Below are positions 41,126-54,992 of a stretch of DNA of 64,000 nt, in pieces. A program made the position numbers and the translations under genes. The first letter of the stretch is position 1. The number at the start of each line of letters is the position of its first letter. Under the pieces are notes generated by a model. The model saw only the letters and a program-made list of their open reading frames with translations, was not told the origin of the DNA and searched no databases. The DNA is from Octopus sinensis. Lineage: Eukaryota. The DNA lies in contig NC_043000.1 in assembly GCF_006345805.1 (NCBI RefSeq), forward strand, positions 100,750,001 to 100,814,000. Reading direction: 5' to 3'.

Positions 41126-41329
41126 TGTGTATGTATGTGTATATTATATATATATACATATATAGGTGCAGGAGTTGCTGTGTGATAAGTAGCTTGCTTA
41201 CCAACCACATGATTACGGGGTCGGTCCCATTGCGTGGCACCTTGGGCAAGTGTTTTCTACTACACACACACACACACACACTCAAAGAAAGATGTGTGTG
41301 TGTATGTGTGTGTGTAAGACGAGCAACAA

Positions 41330-41870
41330 AGGTAATGATTACGATGATGACGATAACAAAATGATGATGATGATGATAACTCGATGAGGAGAAAGATGAG
41401 GAGGATGAAGATGGTGATGATAGCTATTTACAATGACCATGATGACGATGATGACAATGATGATGGTATTGATAATGTGTCTGTCTTCGAATCTCATTAC
41501 AACGATCCCAATCATGATGACACAAATGACGTACAAGATGGCGATGTATAATAGTTTTGGCAACGACAGCACCGAAGACGACGATGACGGTGATAATGAT
41601 GATGACGAAGATGATGCTGATGAAGAGGAGGAAGATGATGATAGAAACGGTTATGATGATGGCATCATAAGGATAATGATGATGATGATTGATGTAGTGG
41701 TTGTGGTAGTATTGATGATAATGGTGATGATGATGGTGGTGCTGGTGGTGTTGATGATGATTTATGATGATGATGTTTGTGATGAGGAAGTTATGATGTT
41801 GACTTCGACAACGACGACAACGAAGATGATTATGATAGATGGAGTTGATGACGGCTATAAATTGAAAATG
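41330..41870. repeat. Degenerate (GAT)n low-complexity region
   Basis: Directly visible. It is the source of ORF 41433-41942. Confidence 0.85.
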
Positions 41871-42108
41871 AAACCTAATTTCCAATTTGACTTTTATGCA
41901 TTAACACAAGAATACAATAAAATATTTTTGAGAGATTTATGAAAGTAAGATTTTTCTTGAAATAGCTGTCATATATATCCCTCCCCCTACGATAAATGCA
42001 CTCATACATACATACATACGTACATACATACATACATGCATATATACACACATACATACATAAATACATGCATACATACATACATACATACATACATACA
42101 TACATACA

Positions 42109-42144
<36 letters not shown>

Positions 42145-42941
42145 TATGTATGTTCGTTCACACATACACACATATATATATAAATGTATGTATATATCTA
42201 TGTATGTATATATAATGTTTGTATGCATATATATGTTTGTATGTGTATACATATTAAGTACGGGACATCATCAACACGAGAGATAAGTCCAGGATAAAAT
42301 ACCGAAAGAAGATAACTCGCTCATTAATTGTCGACTCTTTATTATTGCCTATTTCGTGCTTTTAACGACGTGTTAGGGATACTTTATAAGACAGCAGCAT
42401 CCAGAAATTTCAAAACTATAAAATTTGTGGAGAGTTAGGGCTTCGAAAGAACAAACAGCAACAAAGTGTAAGTACAGAGTAAACAATTAACGAAGACAAG
42501 CATTAAGAATTGTTAGGTCAAGACGCATTGTAATGGATAACGCACGGGGGAAATTTTGAAAGGATATAGAATAAATAATAAGCCAAGACGTTGTGAAGTG
42601 GTGCAGCCCTTTTACTGTTTTGTTCTCATTGTCCTGTTTTTGTTACCACTTTCACACACTGCAAAATATCCCAAATTTTATTTAATTTGCTTTGCGGGAA
42701 GCATTGTTTTAACGAAGTCGCGTCTTGTCCTTACCTTCGGAACGCGGAGTAGATAAAACAGGGAACAACTGATGAAGGGAGTGTTCTTTATCTTGCATGT
42801 CTAGTTTCTCTGTTTTTTTCTTGTCAGAAAAATGTTCGTTTTCTATGTTTTTGTTTTTTATGTTCCCGTTTCTCATTCTAAGTTTTTTTTTTATGTCCTG
42901 TACCAATATATGCATACATATACATACATACATATATATAT

Positions 42942-42984
<43 letters not shown>

Positions 42985-43329
42985 GTCCCGGGTTGAGTCG
43001 GAGTTAACCACAGTCATAAGGTACTCAATACATAGCAGAGTAAATTAATTATTTTATAGAGGGAGCTCTACAGGACTAGAACTGTTTCATTCAAAAGAAT
43101 CGAAACAGTTCTAGTCCTGTAGAAGCTCCTTCTATAAAATAAAAATAAAATATATATATATATATATATATATGTAGATATGTAGATATATATAAGCATA
43201 TATGCATACATATATTTATATACATACACACAATAATAGAAAAGGAACACAAATACAGGAGAATCAGTATACACCATGTGGAAAAATATGAGTTGAAAAT
43301 ATGAGAAAAACATATATAAAAAGTGGAAG

Positions 43330-43858
43330 AGAAATGCCTTCGTTTCACATAGTTTAATATCTTTTTATAAAAGATTTTTTTATATATATACTTACTTTAT
43401 GGATGTTGTGATATCCAACTAGTTTTTGCTATTTAAATTTGCTTTTCAAGGGACATTATGAAGTAATCATTTCTTGTGAGAAAGGAGTCTTGCTATTTTG
43501 GATACTTAAAAAGTAAGAATGAGTCTAGGGAGTGGACAAAGGGCGCCAACAGGGGGCAAGGGGGGACAACTAACTCCTCAGTATAATTGTTGAAATAGGA
43601 ATGTGTACGGTACGGTGGTCAAGTTTGTATATTAAGGTGTGATCTGTGCTTTTGTATGAACAGGTTTTCCTTGTTTATGCGTTCTTGTAACGAGATTGAA
43701 TCTTTGCATTGGTATAATGGAAAAATATGGAAATTCGGTGATTTATTTTTTGTGCATCTGTCAATATGTTCGCTCAGGGTTATCTGCCTGTATTAATGAA
43801 AACGAATTCGTTCTCTATGCAGCGTAACTCTACGTCTCAAAGTAAGGCACGTTTGGCC
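43330..43858 (-). mobile_element. PLE GIY-YIG C-terminal segment and 3' UTR, inverted relative to the adjacent body
   Basis: Encodes GQTCLTLRRRVTLHRERIRFH*YRQITLSEHIDRC...INKENLFIQKHRSHLN. Confidence 0.8.
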
Positions 43859-45000
43859 AACGAAGAAGCACTATTAGTCTCCTTCGATGTCATCAACCTC
43901 TACACTAACATTCCTCATGACTAGAGAATAGAGGCAATAAAATTCTGGTTAGAAAAAGACCCCGAAGTTCTCCCGGACCGCATAAACCAAAGTTTTGACA
44001 TTGAATCTCTGAAGTTCATCCTACGAAACAATTACTTCCTATTCGATGAAACATACTGCCACCAAAAATGCGGTATTGCGATGGGAACAAAGGTAGCTCT
44101 TGTCCTTGCGAACCTTATAATGGGTTTCTTTGGATGTATCCTATATGAACTTTCGCTCCAAAAATTTGGACCCCAATTCCACCAGTATATAAGAGAAAGT
44201 TGGAAAAGGTACCTAGACGATCGTTTTATCATCTGAATGAACTTCTGGATTTCAAATCTACGCTGAACAATATAAACTCTGATATTCAGTTTACAATGGA
44301 ATATAGCAAGGAACAGCTCCCATTTCTGCACATTTTGATCATAAAAAGTCCAACCACCAAATTGCAACTGACATCTACTACAAATCAACAGACTCAAAAC
44401 AGTATCTCCTTTTCAGTTCATGCCATCCTAAACACTCCAAAACAAATATCCCATTCAATCTAGCAAAAGGGATCTGTACAATTGTATCTGATACAACTAC
44501 TCGGGAACTTCGCCTACAAGACCTCAAAATAACACTCATTGATGGACACAAACACACTAGAGACAACAAAACAAAACGCCACACCTCACTTTAAAGCACT
44601 CCCGTAAATATCAACCCACAATCCCAGAAACAATGAAGCATACAACACAATTATGCAAAATTTCCCTCTGTTCATTCAAGACCCAAAAGTGAACAACATT
44701 CTAAATACACATAAACTCCTCAAATGCAAAAGACAATACAAATCACTTAAGAGACTCCTAACAAATGCAAAACTATATTCAATACATACGATGCCAACAG
44801 CTAAAATATGCAGACGACCTAATTGTGGTACATGCCCATACCTAACTGAAGGCTCGGAATTCACATTCCAGCAAGGAGGAAAATTTTCAGTTAAGACCAA
44901 TTTCACATGCGCTTCCCAGAACCTTACCTATGTTCTAACCTGCTCAGGTTGTGGCCACAATTATATAGGCCAAACGAGCCTTACTTTGAGATGCAGAGTG
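43859..45000 (+). mobile_element. Penelope-like element RT and GIY-YIG start, decayed
   Basis: Encodes LVSFDVINLYTNIPHD...ILRNNYFLFD...GIAMGTKVA; WKRYLDD; and CASQNLTYVLTCSGCGHNYIGQT. Confidence 0.9.
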
Positions 45001-45054
45001 CTGAAACTCGGAGTTTTATTATGGCAACCGAATAATTGTCACATATTATTTTAC

Positions 45055-45091
<37 letters not shown>

Positions 45092-45523
45092 TACGAAGAA
45101 GCCCGCCATTTTCATAGATATGTAAGGATAAACATTCGTACATGCTACGACGAATTCTACGGTTGGCTATCGAGTTTGTAATGTTATGTTTTTTCTTATA
45201 TTTCTTGAGTTTGTTGCACTGACGAACATGAAATGCATATTCTGCATTAAATGCGAAATCACATGTGATATGTAACTGAATTCTTTTTTAAAAATGATGT
45301 GTTTTGAAGTTTTGCATTCGGTAAAATTTTGTTTATTTTTAGTAGTTTTGACCGCATTGGTCCCTCTTAGCGTGTTGGTATCTACGTATAGTAGTACCCT
45401 CAATATAATATAAAATATAAATGAATATTTTCAAAGGGGAAGAATTTACGAATTTTTTCTCTTACGAGGTTTTTCACGCTGACTACTGATTATTTCTTTT
45501 AAAGATTTATCCTCAATTGTTTA

Positions 45524-45577
<54 letters not shown>

Positions 45578-45838
45578 TATATATATATGTATATACAACA
45601 TATATATATTCATATAGAATATATATATATATATGTATATATACAAACATATATATATATATATATAATATATTCATATTATAATATATTAATATATATA
45701 TATATATAATATATATATATATATATTATATATTATGGAATATTATTCCAAACTTACAGGGAAAAAATTCAATTTAGAAATACTAAATCAAATTTCACAA
45801 AATATAATATATATGTATAAATTAGAAAAAAAGCCTTT

Positions 45839-46111
45839 CTTTTATCAATTCAATAATGAAAAATTAAATTATACCATTTAGAAAAATTACATATTATAGA
45901 AAGATTAAATATAACATAAAACATATAACAATGATTAAGTAATATGCAAAATAGTAAATAAAACATATATATTTGGTATATATCCGTTTTATTTACAATT
46001 TTGCATATTACTTAATCATTGTTATATGTTTTATCTTATTTTTGATCTTTCTATAATATGTAATTTTTCTAAATGGTATTATTTAATTTTTCATTATTGA
46101 ATTGATAAAAG
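45839..46111. repeat. AT-rich near-perfect palindrome (126-bp arms, 21-bp spacer)
   Basis: 45839-45964 is the reverse complement of 45986-46111, with few mismatches. Confidence 0.9.
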
Positions 46112-46130
46112 GTGTTTTTATTTTTTTGTA

Positions 46131-46164
<34 letters not shown>

Positions 46165-46510
46165 ATGTCGAAAGAGAGCGATTATGCCAATATTATTAAC
46201 ACTGCAAATGATCTTTTTTCCGAGGTCTTCCGAAGCAACATTTTCAATAAATTTCAAAAGGTTGCATGTTGCAACGAAAGCTTTATCAAACAAAAACAAA
46301 ACAAATGACTTACTGTTTAACCATATTAAACAAACAATCGATTAGTTAGTTGGATATTTAACTAAATGACTAATAATAAAGGAGTGGAACTGAACTTGTG
46401 CGTGTTAATAATATTGGCATAATGTCTTTCCCTAGACTCAGCAAAATTTTGTTTCAACACACGAATTCACATAAAGAATTTTGCAAACGAGATGCAAATC
46501 CGATGTGTAT

Positions 46511-46597
<87 letters not shown>

Positions 46598-46637
46598 AAG
46601 ACTTTCAACCTTACAGCCATATTCTTTTAAAGATATC

Positions 46638-47025
46638 GGATCTTTTCGGTTTGAACGGCAGTTTTTCTAGCGGTGTCATATGAAATTGTCACCCATAATT
46701 ATGACCCTAGTATCGGTCTATTGCATTTCAATCTGTTTTAGGGTTAGGGGTGGGGGAGGGTATCTTTTTTCTTCACAAATGTAAATAAACCCAATTTGTT
46801 TCTTAAACGAGGGACATATTCATACGGCACGGAATGTTTTTTTTACCTTAATGGACGTAATTGATTGGTTGAAATTGCAGAAATATCTTACAAACTATAG
46901 AATTTTCTCAATAAAGCCAAGAGAAAAAGATGTTTTATAAACACATTCTACCAGTATACGAAGTTTAAAATGTTTTAGTTACCTAGAAATTATGTTAAAA
47001 ACTGCCGTTCAAGCCGAAAAGATCC
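46638..47025. mobile_element. MITE with 29-bp TIRs starting GG and a perfect 8-bp TSD (Merlin-like)
   Basis: TIR ggatcttttcgg(t/c)ttgaacggcagttttt. TSD AAGATATC at 46630-46637 and 47026-47033. Confidence 0.85.
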
Positions 47026-47848
47026 AAGATATCTAGAACTGTATTATTATAGAAGGTGGCCTCCCATCAAAAACAATCCAGTGTGGTTTTAGGAAACTTT
47101 GGTTGCTATTTCTAGCCCGTCAGTCAGTCAGTCACAATCTCCCTAGTTTCGTTCATGGAGGTATTTTCTGTTTTCCTTACCACATGTCAAATGTTTGTAG
47201 CACTCTTTTGACCTTGACCTCTTGCTTTCTTCCATGTCTAAGTTTTTTTTTCTTTGTTCGTTTGTTCGTTGATCAGTTCGTTTCTATTGTTTCTTAATTC
47301 ATTAATATAATCTCGGAAAGGTTAGTTGATGATCAATTAAAATAGCAAGATTACTTGAACATCAACAAGAAAAGTAGGTTTCGCTTTTCTTTTATAGCAG
47401 TTCTCCATTAGCTAATAAAAGTAATTAATTTGCTATTCATAGACCTGCTAGCTTAAAGATTTTCAAAAAGAAGTAATACAACAGCTGCATCGACGTCGAG
47501 GATAACGACAAGACAAAAAAAAAAAATTAAATAAAGATGCGAAGAAAGAATAGAAAGTAAATTTCTTACCAGGAAGAAGACTAAGCAGAGAGTGAAGATG
47601 AGCAGCAGAAAAATTAGATTTTGTTCTCTTCTAAACAAAGTATCGCTATTGTCTTCGTCGCCAAATGATTTGGGTGAGGCAGCAAGCATGTTGTATTAAA
47701 ATAGGCGCGTTTGTTTTTCTCTAAATTTCTACTATATATATCAATACATGTCATGCATACACACACATATGTGTGTGGTAATGTGTGTGTGTATATTTAT
47801 ATATATATATTATATATATTATATATATATATATATATGAAGTAATAA

Positions 47849-47880
<32 letters not shown>

Positions 47881-48279
47881 TATATATATTATATATATAT
47901 ATATATACTATATATATAGATATATTATGTATGTATGTATGTATAATCATATGTATGCATGTATGGATGGATGGATGTATAGATATTGATATAGATATAT
48001 ACATATATATCTATATATAGTTACATAAATACATTATATTTATACATACACATACACACACGCGTACACACACTCACGCACACACACATATATATGGATA
48101 GACGTGTGTTGTGTGTGTGCATACATGCATACACACAGACACACACATACAAATATAGATATAGACACTAGTCAATATTTGCTTGAATCACACAGGGGAA
48201 ACGTCTACTCCGTTTATTACACTCTATGCATGGTTCTGCATTAGAATCTAGCTTGCCATAGAGACCGTGAATCATGCAT

Positions 48280-50200
48280 TTCAAAACGGTTTTGTATAGT
48301 GATTGCTCAGTATATAGATTTATCTCTGCACACAACTTAGTCTATTTTGTCTGGATCATTAAATTTATCTTCTTCGTTCAAGATGACAGAATATAAGCGC
48401 GAGGTAATCCTCGTTTCCGAAATTCGATAAATAGCAATATGGTTTAATACTTCCCTAAATATTATTTTCCAGATTATCGTTCAATAAATCTGTCAATTTT
48501 ATCTTAAACACTGTTACAATAATATCTACTCTGTCTAAAGAGAGTTGTCTAGGAAGGAGATTATCTTTAATTCGTTCGAGGCAGTATTGCATGTCGTAAT
48601 AGTAAATAAATCTGGCTTATCAAATTTTCTCACCACAGCAACGGCCTTTTCAGTAACGTTCTCTTGTGTTCCTCGAAGACCACTGAAATGTTGATGATGG
48701 CAAAATAAATGTAAGTCCAGAATAGGCTAAGTTCTTGCATCATCGGCTACAGTGGAAGCTACTAAGTCAATATCTTTTGGTAATGTTCAACTCTGAGACG
48801 TCCTTGTTGACATAACTTTAAGTATTGACACAACTTGAAGACAAAAATCGACAACCCATTGCTGCAGGAAACTATTCTATTCGTCTTTTATTAGTATCTG
48901 AATTACTTTGTTTTTCAACCTGCGTATAATAGCGCATCTGTAATTGTTACTCAGTTCGGGATTAATTTTCAATCTTGGTTGCCATCCTAGTTCATCATAA
49001 AGTCATAATAATGTGTTAGACATTGATTCAAAATTTAGACTGTTGTATGTTCAAAAGTGAGAATTTCTTGAGTTTTAGAGTAAAGAGCAAAGGCAAGTTC
49101 AAAAGACGATTCAACGTCATTACTCTTTAACCCCATAGCTACTACATCTAGATTGTGGAGGCGCAATGGCCCAGTGGTTAGGGCAGCGGACTCGCGGTCA
49201 TAGGATCGCGGTTTCGATTCCCAGACCGGGCGTTGTGAGTGTTTATTGAGCGAAAACACCTAAAGCTCCACGAGGCTCCGGCAGGGATGGTGGTGATCCC
49301 TGCTATACTCTTTCATCACAACTTTCTCTCACTCTTACTTCCTGTTTCTGTTGTACCTGTATTTCAAAGGGCCGGCCTTGTCACTCTCTGTGCCACGCTG
49401 AATATCCCCGTGTCTGTGGAGTGCTCAGCCACTTACACGTTAATTTCACGAGTAGGCTGTTCCGTTGATTCAGATCAACCGGAACCCTCGTCGTCGTAAC
49501 CGACGGAGTGCTTCCATCACATCTAGATTTGGTAAGTTGTAACCTCTTGTTATGTTATTTCGGTATTTCTAAAAATGTCACTTTGACAACTGCAGTTTAT
49601 TGAGCTTCTTCACTTTTAACTTGTTAAGCATTAATATTGCTCTAATTGATCTGAAGTGGTCATAATTTTCAGGGATACATATTTCATTAGTCTAATTCTC
49701 TAATCTAGTATCAGGGATTACTTGGGTAAATTAAGTCGAGGTTTTCATCCAATAGTAATCATATTGGCCGTGCAATGATAGCCTTGGACGCCATGAAGGA
49801 AAAAAAAACGCAGCTAGTGACCTGCAGCATCAGACATGTGAGCTTCCAATGAAGCAGAAGTGAGAGTTAATATTGCCTTTGAAGTTTCAGTAATTAGGAT
49901 TCCTTGCTTGTCTCATTAAATTACAAATATATTACGGTGTTTCTCTTTAGTTAAGCAATATTGTTTTACCTTTGTGACAGCAAGTTATTGAATTTACTCT
50001 CTAAGAGGCGTTCTGATAAGAATGTTTGGCACTACCATATTATGAAAGAATTTTCATAGACACATAAAAAGGATACAGCAATTTTCTTCTTGAAAAGAAT
50101 TACTGTTTACTGTATTCTTCTGAACTTTGCTATTTTTCTACTGCGAGAAATATTCCCATTTCTTTGTCTTCTGTTAGTACAATATTCTTCTTTCTCTGGC
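48280..50200 (-). mobile_element. Decayed autonomous Helitron (Rep region), interrupted by a SINE C
   Basis: Broken minus-strand peptides CCHKGK; ILPSSTFSGLRGT; AVVRKFDKPDLF; DRVDIIVTVFKIKL; and a frameshifted EFxKRGLPxA, matching Helitron Rep motifs. Confidence 0.7.
49155..49518 (+). mobile_element. SINE family C, full length, 11-bp TSD
   Basis: tRNA-like head (tggcccagtggttagg...gtttcgattccc). TSD acatctagatt at 49144-49154 and 49519-49529. Confidence 0.9.
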
Positions 50201-50695
50201 TATAAAAAAACCTTATATCCATCTGTAGCAATTACCTTTCTTTTTGGATGTTTCTTCTGCAATTTTATTTTACAGTCTTTGAGTTCTTCGTATTCTCTGT
50301 TTTTTTTTTTTTCTTTTTGTGTTTCAAGTATTCTTATTCTTTCTCTATCGCATCTTGCTTCTGTTCTTGTTGTTTCTTGTTATCGTTTTGCAGCAACTCT
50401 ACTTTCCGATTAACATCAAACTTCGACATCCTGTGATAATCTTGTCGAGAAGTTTCTCTGTGACTGAAAACTTCAACTGTTTGATTTACAATTACCTGTT
50501 GTGTATTTGAAAACTTCGAATTACGTTGTGGGCTTCTGTTTATCGTACATTCTCTGGAATTGTCTTTCTTTTATTCTTGACCTAACCATTTTTTCCCCAC
50601 AAAGATTGATATCTTCTTACATTGAAATGGACTGAGCGCATAAAACTTTGGCACTTTCAAAAGAAGAATATCCTGATATGGAGTTGCCCCCAATA

Positions 50696-50795
50696 NNNNN
50701 NNNNNNNNNNNNNNNNNNNNNNNNNNNNNNNNNNNNNNNNNNNNNNNNNNNNNNNNNNNNNNNNNNNNNNNNNNNNNNNNNNNNNNNNNNNNNNN
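50696..50795. other. Assembly gap (100 N)
   Basis: Run of N. Confidence 1.
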
Positions 50796-51057
50796 TTCAA
50801 AGGATAAACGCAGACATTCGAAATATTCCATGTTATAACATATGGTCGAATGAATTCTAAAATACTACTTTAACCGCAGAAAAAATTCAGGGCAATTCAC
50901 ACAAGACAGACATTATGTGTGTGTATGTGTGTGTGTGTGTCTGTGTGTGTGTCTGTGTGTGTGTGTGTGTGTGTGAACACATACATGTACATATTCCTGT
51001 GTGTTGAAGTGCTTAACTATAGTTGTTCAAATGAAAATAATTATTGAAATAACATCA

Positions 51058-51225
51058 GATGTGGCAAGAGAGGAAGAGGCCGACCAAGAACCCACTGGCT
51101 TGACACCATCAAGAGTAATACCGGAATGGACATAGCCAATCTTAAACAAGCGGCCCAGGATAGAACTGACTGGAGGACACTGATCCGACGAGTGACCGAG
51201 AGTCGACTTCGACTGAGCGGATAGA
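51058..51225 (+). mobile_element. RTE (BovB-like) LINE 3' end
   Basis: Encodes GKRGRGRPRTHWLDTIK...AAQDRTDWRTLIRRVTESRLRLSG*. Confidence 0.8.
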
Positions 51226-51619
51226 GAGTGGCTATGTGGTAAGGGTTAGGGTTTGCTGCATAACCACATGGTTCTAGGTTCGGCCCCCACTGTGTGACAG
51301 CTCTTGGCCGAAGGCCGAATAAAGCTTTGTGATTGGATTTGGTAGGCGTGTTGCATGTGTTGCACCAATGTTGCTGGGATGTGTTTCAGAAGCTACTTGT
51401 AATGATATAACAACACCAAACAAACAGTTAAACAATGTATTATTGCTGCACAGGCCATATGAAGTTGATCATGCATTGCAAATATACATGCAATGAATTA
51501 ACAGGATGAAAGAAATATAATTCAACAGGCATGTAAATGAATATCGAAATGTACCACTAGGGCTGGATGAAACACAAAGAATATATATATATATACATCA
51601 TACATACATACATACATAC

Positions 51620-51660
<41 letters not shown>

Positions 51661-52013
51661 TATATAGTATATATATAATATGGATAGATAGATAGATAGA
51701 TCACATAATATAGAGGCCTCATTCATTCTTTTGTTGTCATATTATTATTATATTATTATATATTATATTATTATTATTATTATTATTGTTGTTGTTTTAT
51801 TGTTGTTGTTGTTGTATTATTGTTTGTTTATATATAAATATATTCAAATATTTATTAGCTAATAAATCGTATCGTATACACCTGGTAAAGCACGTTCACT
51901 TTCATAGTGTTCGTTGGGTATTTGATTAATGAGATGGAAAATGGAAGATCCGAGAATGTTTATTAATCACGACAATTGTTTCGACTCTCGTTAATCATAC
52001 ACGCGCACACACA

Positions 52014-52044
<31 letters not shown>

Positions 52045-52689
52045 CACACACACACACAGATACACACACACACACAAGCTCCCGAGTTCTTTTACAGGGT
52101 TTAGAAAAGCTGAAGGACCGCTGCAATAAGTGTGTGAATCTGTTGAGTAAGATCATAATTAACTGATCCTCCTGTATTTTCTTTTACCCAAAGCCAGGAA
52201 CTTTCCAGCACCCCCTCATATATACATATACATAAGCATACATGCATACATACATACATACATACATACATACATACATACATACATTTATACACACACA
52301 CACACCACATATATATATATATATAATATATATATATATATATTATATATATATATATATATATAAGCGAAAATGCACATTGGAATCAAAAAAGTAAGGC
52401 CTCTTATGAAAAGTAACGAAGATATATACAAGTAGACGAACTGAGGTAGGAATAAAAGTAATAAAAGTTATTATTGTGAATTGTTAAAGAGATTCAAAAA
52501 CATACCGGTTTCGTAAAATTACTAATCATTGCTTTGTATGTACATCGATTACTGAACGGTGTCAGGTCTACTAATCCCTGAGTAAAAAGATTATGTGTTA
52601 GGGAAGTAAGTAGTCCTAGATTTGGTGCAATTAGGATAGATATACATCTGTAATGTGAATGGTGTATGGGATGTATGGGGTTTAGTGGT

Positions 52690-52860
52690 ATTAATTGACG
52701 GATTTCATTATAGAGTGTCTCATCGGTAGATAAACCGTGATGACATTTTCGGACAACTGCTTATAATGTGTGTGATATCTTCGGTGTTAACTCCACAAAG
52801 TCTGCATCGGTTGTCACATTTTACTACTTTTCCTGCAACTCTGTCCATTTTGTGCATCAG
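52690..52860 (-). mobile_element. R4-clade CATA-family internal fragment
   Basis: Near-identical to about 23860-24010 (CDNRCRLCGVNTEDITH). Its 5' junction is in (CATA)n. Confidence 0.85.
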
Positions 52861-54272
52861 GTATGTATGTATGTATGTATGTGTGAAAAAAAATGTCCTT
52901 CCCAGGCTATATGCACTTAAGGCCGGTTTCCTGAATCCTGTGGCGTATATAAGGCATTTTATGCTAATAGAATACCAATATCTCATATTCTGCATTTCAT
53001 GTTATGAATATCTGATATTCATAACGATATTTCATGTTCTGTATTTTCCTGTAAAATGTACGTTTATTTTCTCATTCCTTTTTTTACGATAAAGACATTA
53101 ACCCCTCTAGCCAATGTGACATTCAAAGTAGAGCAAATGCTAACGGAAACTACGTCATATGAACGAACGTCATACAACATATAAATTGCTCAGTTGACAT
53201 TGGAAACATATTTAAGTAAAACTTGCTTTTATGAAGCGTTATAGTTTTCAAACTCTATAATCTGTCTAGGTGGATACTATAGATTCAAAGAAATAACTAC
53301 AGCAATAACATATTCTATTTAATTGCTGTTTTATTGCTGTTGTATCACTTTGAATTATGGCACCATCTAGACTGGACAAGGTTTATACTACAGGTGTAAA
53401 ATGGGAATAAAATGTTTCGCTATACACGTGTGTGCTTGTGTCTCTGTATACGTCTGTGCGTATGAAATTTTATCGAAAATTATAATCTTTGCGCAGTCCA
53501 TATGTGTCTATATATACGTGTCTATATATACATATGTACATATATGTGGACATATGCATGTATGTATGTATGTATGTATGTATGCATGTATGTATGTATG
53601 TATGTATGCATGTATGTATGTCTGTATGTATGTATGTATGTGCATGAGATGTAGTAAAGTGTATAGAAACGATTATGTGTATGTAATTAAACGCACACCT
53701 ACAAACATTTCAGCTTAATATCTATATCATGTACACTGCTATTACTGCTTCTCCTCCCCCTCCTCCTCTCCTCCTCCTACTACTACTACTACTAACTACT
53801 ACAGAAAAAAATGCTTTTCTTTTATCTTTCTGACAAAAATATGCTAGTTTTGAATGTCATATCTTCTTAACTACTTTCTTTACGTTGATGCTTACACACG
53901 CGCATGTGTAGTCAGTCATGTGTGTATGTGCGTGCGTGTGTGTGTGTCATTGTTCATGTGTTTGTGTGTATATGTGGAAGTATGGTGACAGTGGCTGGAT
54001 CCATCAATAAACGTCCTTGAGACAGATATCACCGCCATTTTGCCAACAGACAACATAGCAAAGCGGTTTAAAATCGATGAGAAACTGAGAGATTATTTAC
54101 AAGTCAAATTAGTGTGTAGCTTGGAATGATAATTTGCAAATATGAAAGCAGATAAAACGAAAAGGAATTGAATTAAGACTATATTTCTTCTGTGTTAGAA
54201 ATATTTGTTTTATTTAAAGATTTAAATTCCTCCTAGGTTTTTGTTTGTCACAGAAAAATTTAAATATTATAA

Positions 54273-54319
<47 letters not shown>

Positions 54320-54583
54320 AATACATACATATTCATATTTATAGTATAATGTAATATATATATGTGTGTGTGTGTATGTGTGCGTGTGAGTGTATGTATG
54401 TATGTATATATATATATATATATAATATGCATAAATATATTTATACACCACACACCAAATATATATTATATATATACAAACATGGTATAATATATATATT
54501 TAAATATTCAGGTATATACGCATACATACTGGAACAAGTAAAAGATAAAGGATATATATATATATATATATATACATTATATA

Positions 54584-54619
<36 letters not shown>

Positions 54620-54948
54620 TGTATGTATGTATGTATGTATGTATTGTGCTGTACGCCCACGCACACCTACACAAACGCATATAAATTGGTGCGAAAATAT
54701 AGTTTGTATGCCATAAAGGAACGTTCAGTAATGGAGGAACTAAATACTATTCTATCACAATTATATGAACATTACAACAGTTTTCTTCTAGTTTCCTGGG
54801 GTCTAGTGTCATATATGTTTGGACACGTCTCAGGCCCCTAGTTCCAAGGTTTAGTGCAAGGAACTGGCTCATGTGTGCTGTTAATATAATTGTAATATGT
54901 TATGTCATATTAAACGTGCGTGTGAGTGAGTGTACATACATACATACA

Positions 54949-54982
<34 letters not shown>

Positions 54983-54992
54983 CATACATATA

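Noticed and set aside
41433-41942. 169-aa acidic ORF
   Set aside because: It lies wholly in degenerate (GAT)n, with no splice or domain support.
46739-46750. Telomeric TTAGGG repeats
   Set aside because: Only two units, inside a MITE.
49155-49230. tRNA gene
   Set aside because: A tRNA-like head only: it continues into a SINE body with a TSD and lacks a complete cloverleaf or terminator. The same applies to the other SINE heads.
52500-52535. Minus-strand GTA-attt-TAC-GAAA-CCGGT-A as a hammerhead
   Set aside because: The 3' half fits, but no CUGANGA core or stem I is recognisable; at best a decayed remnant.
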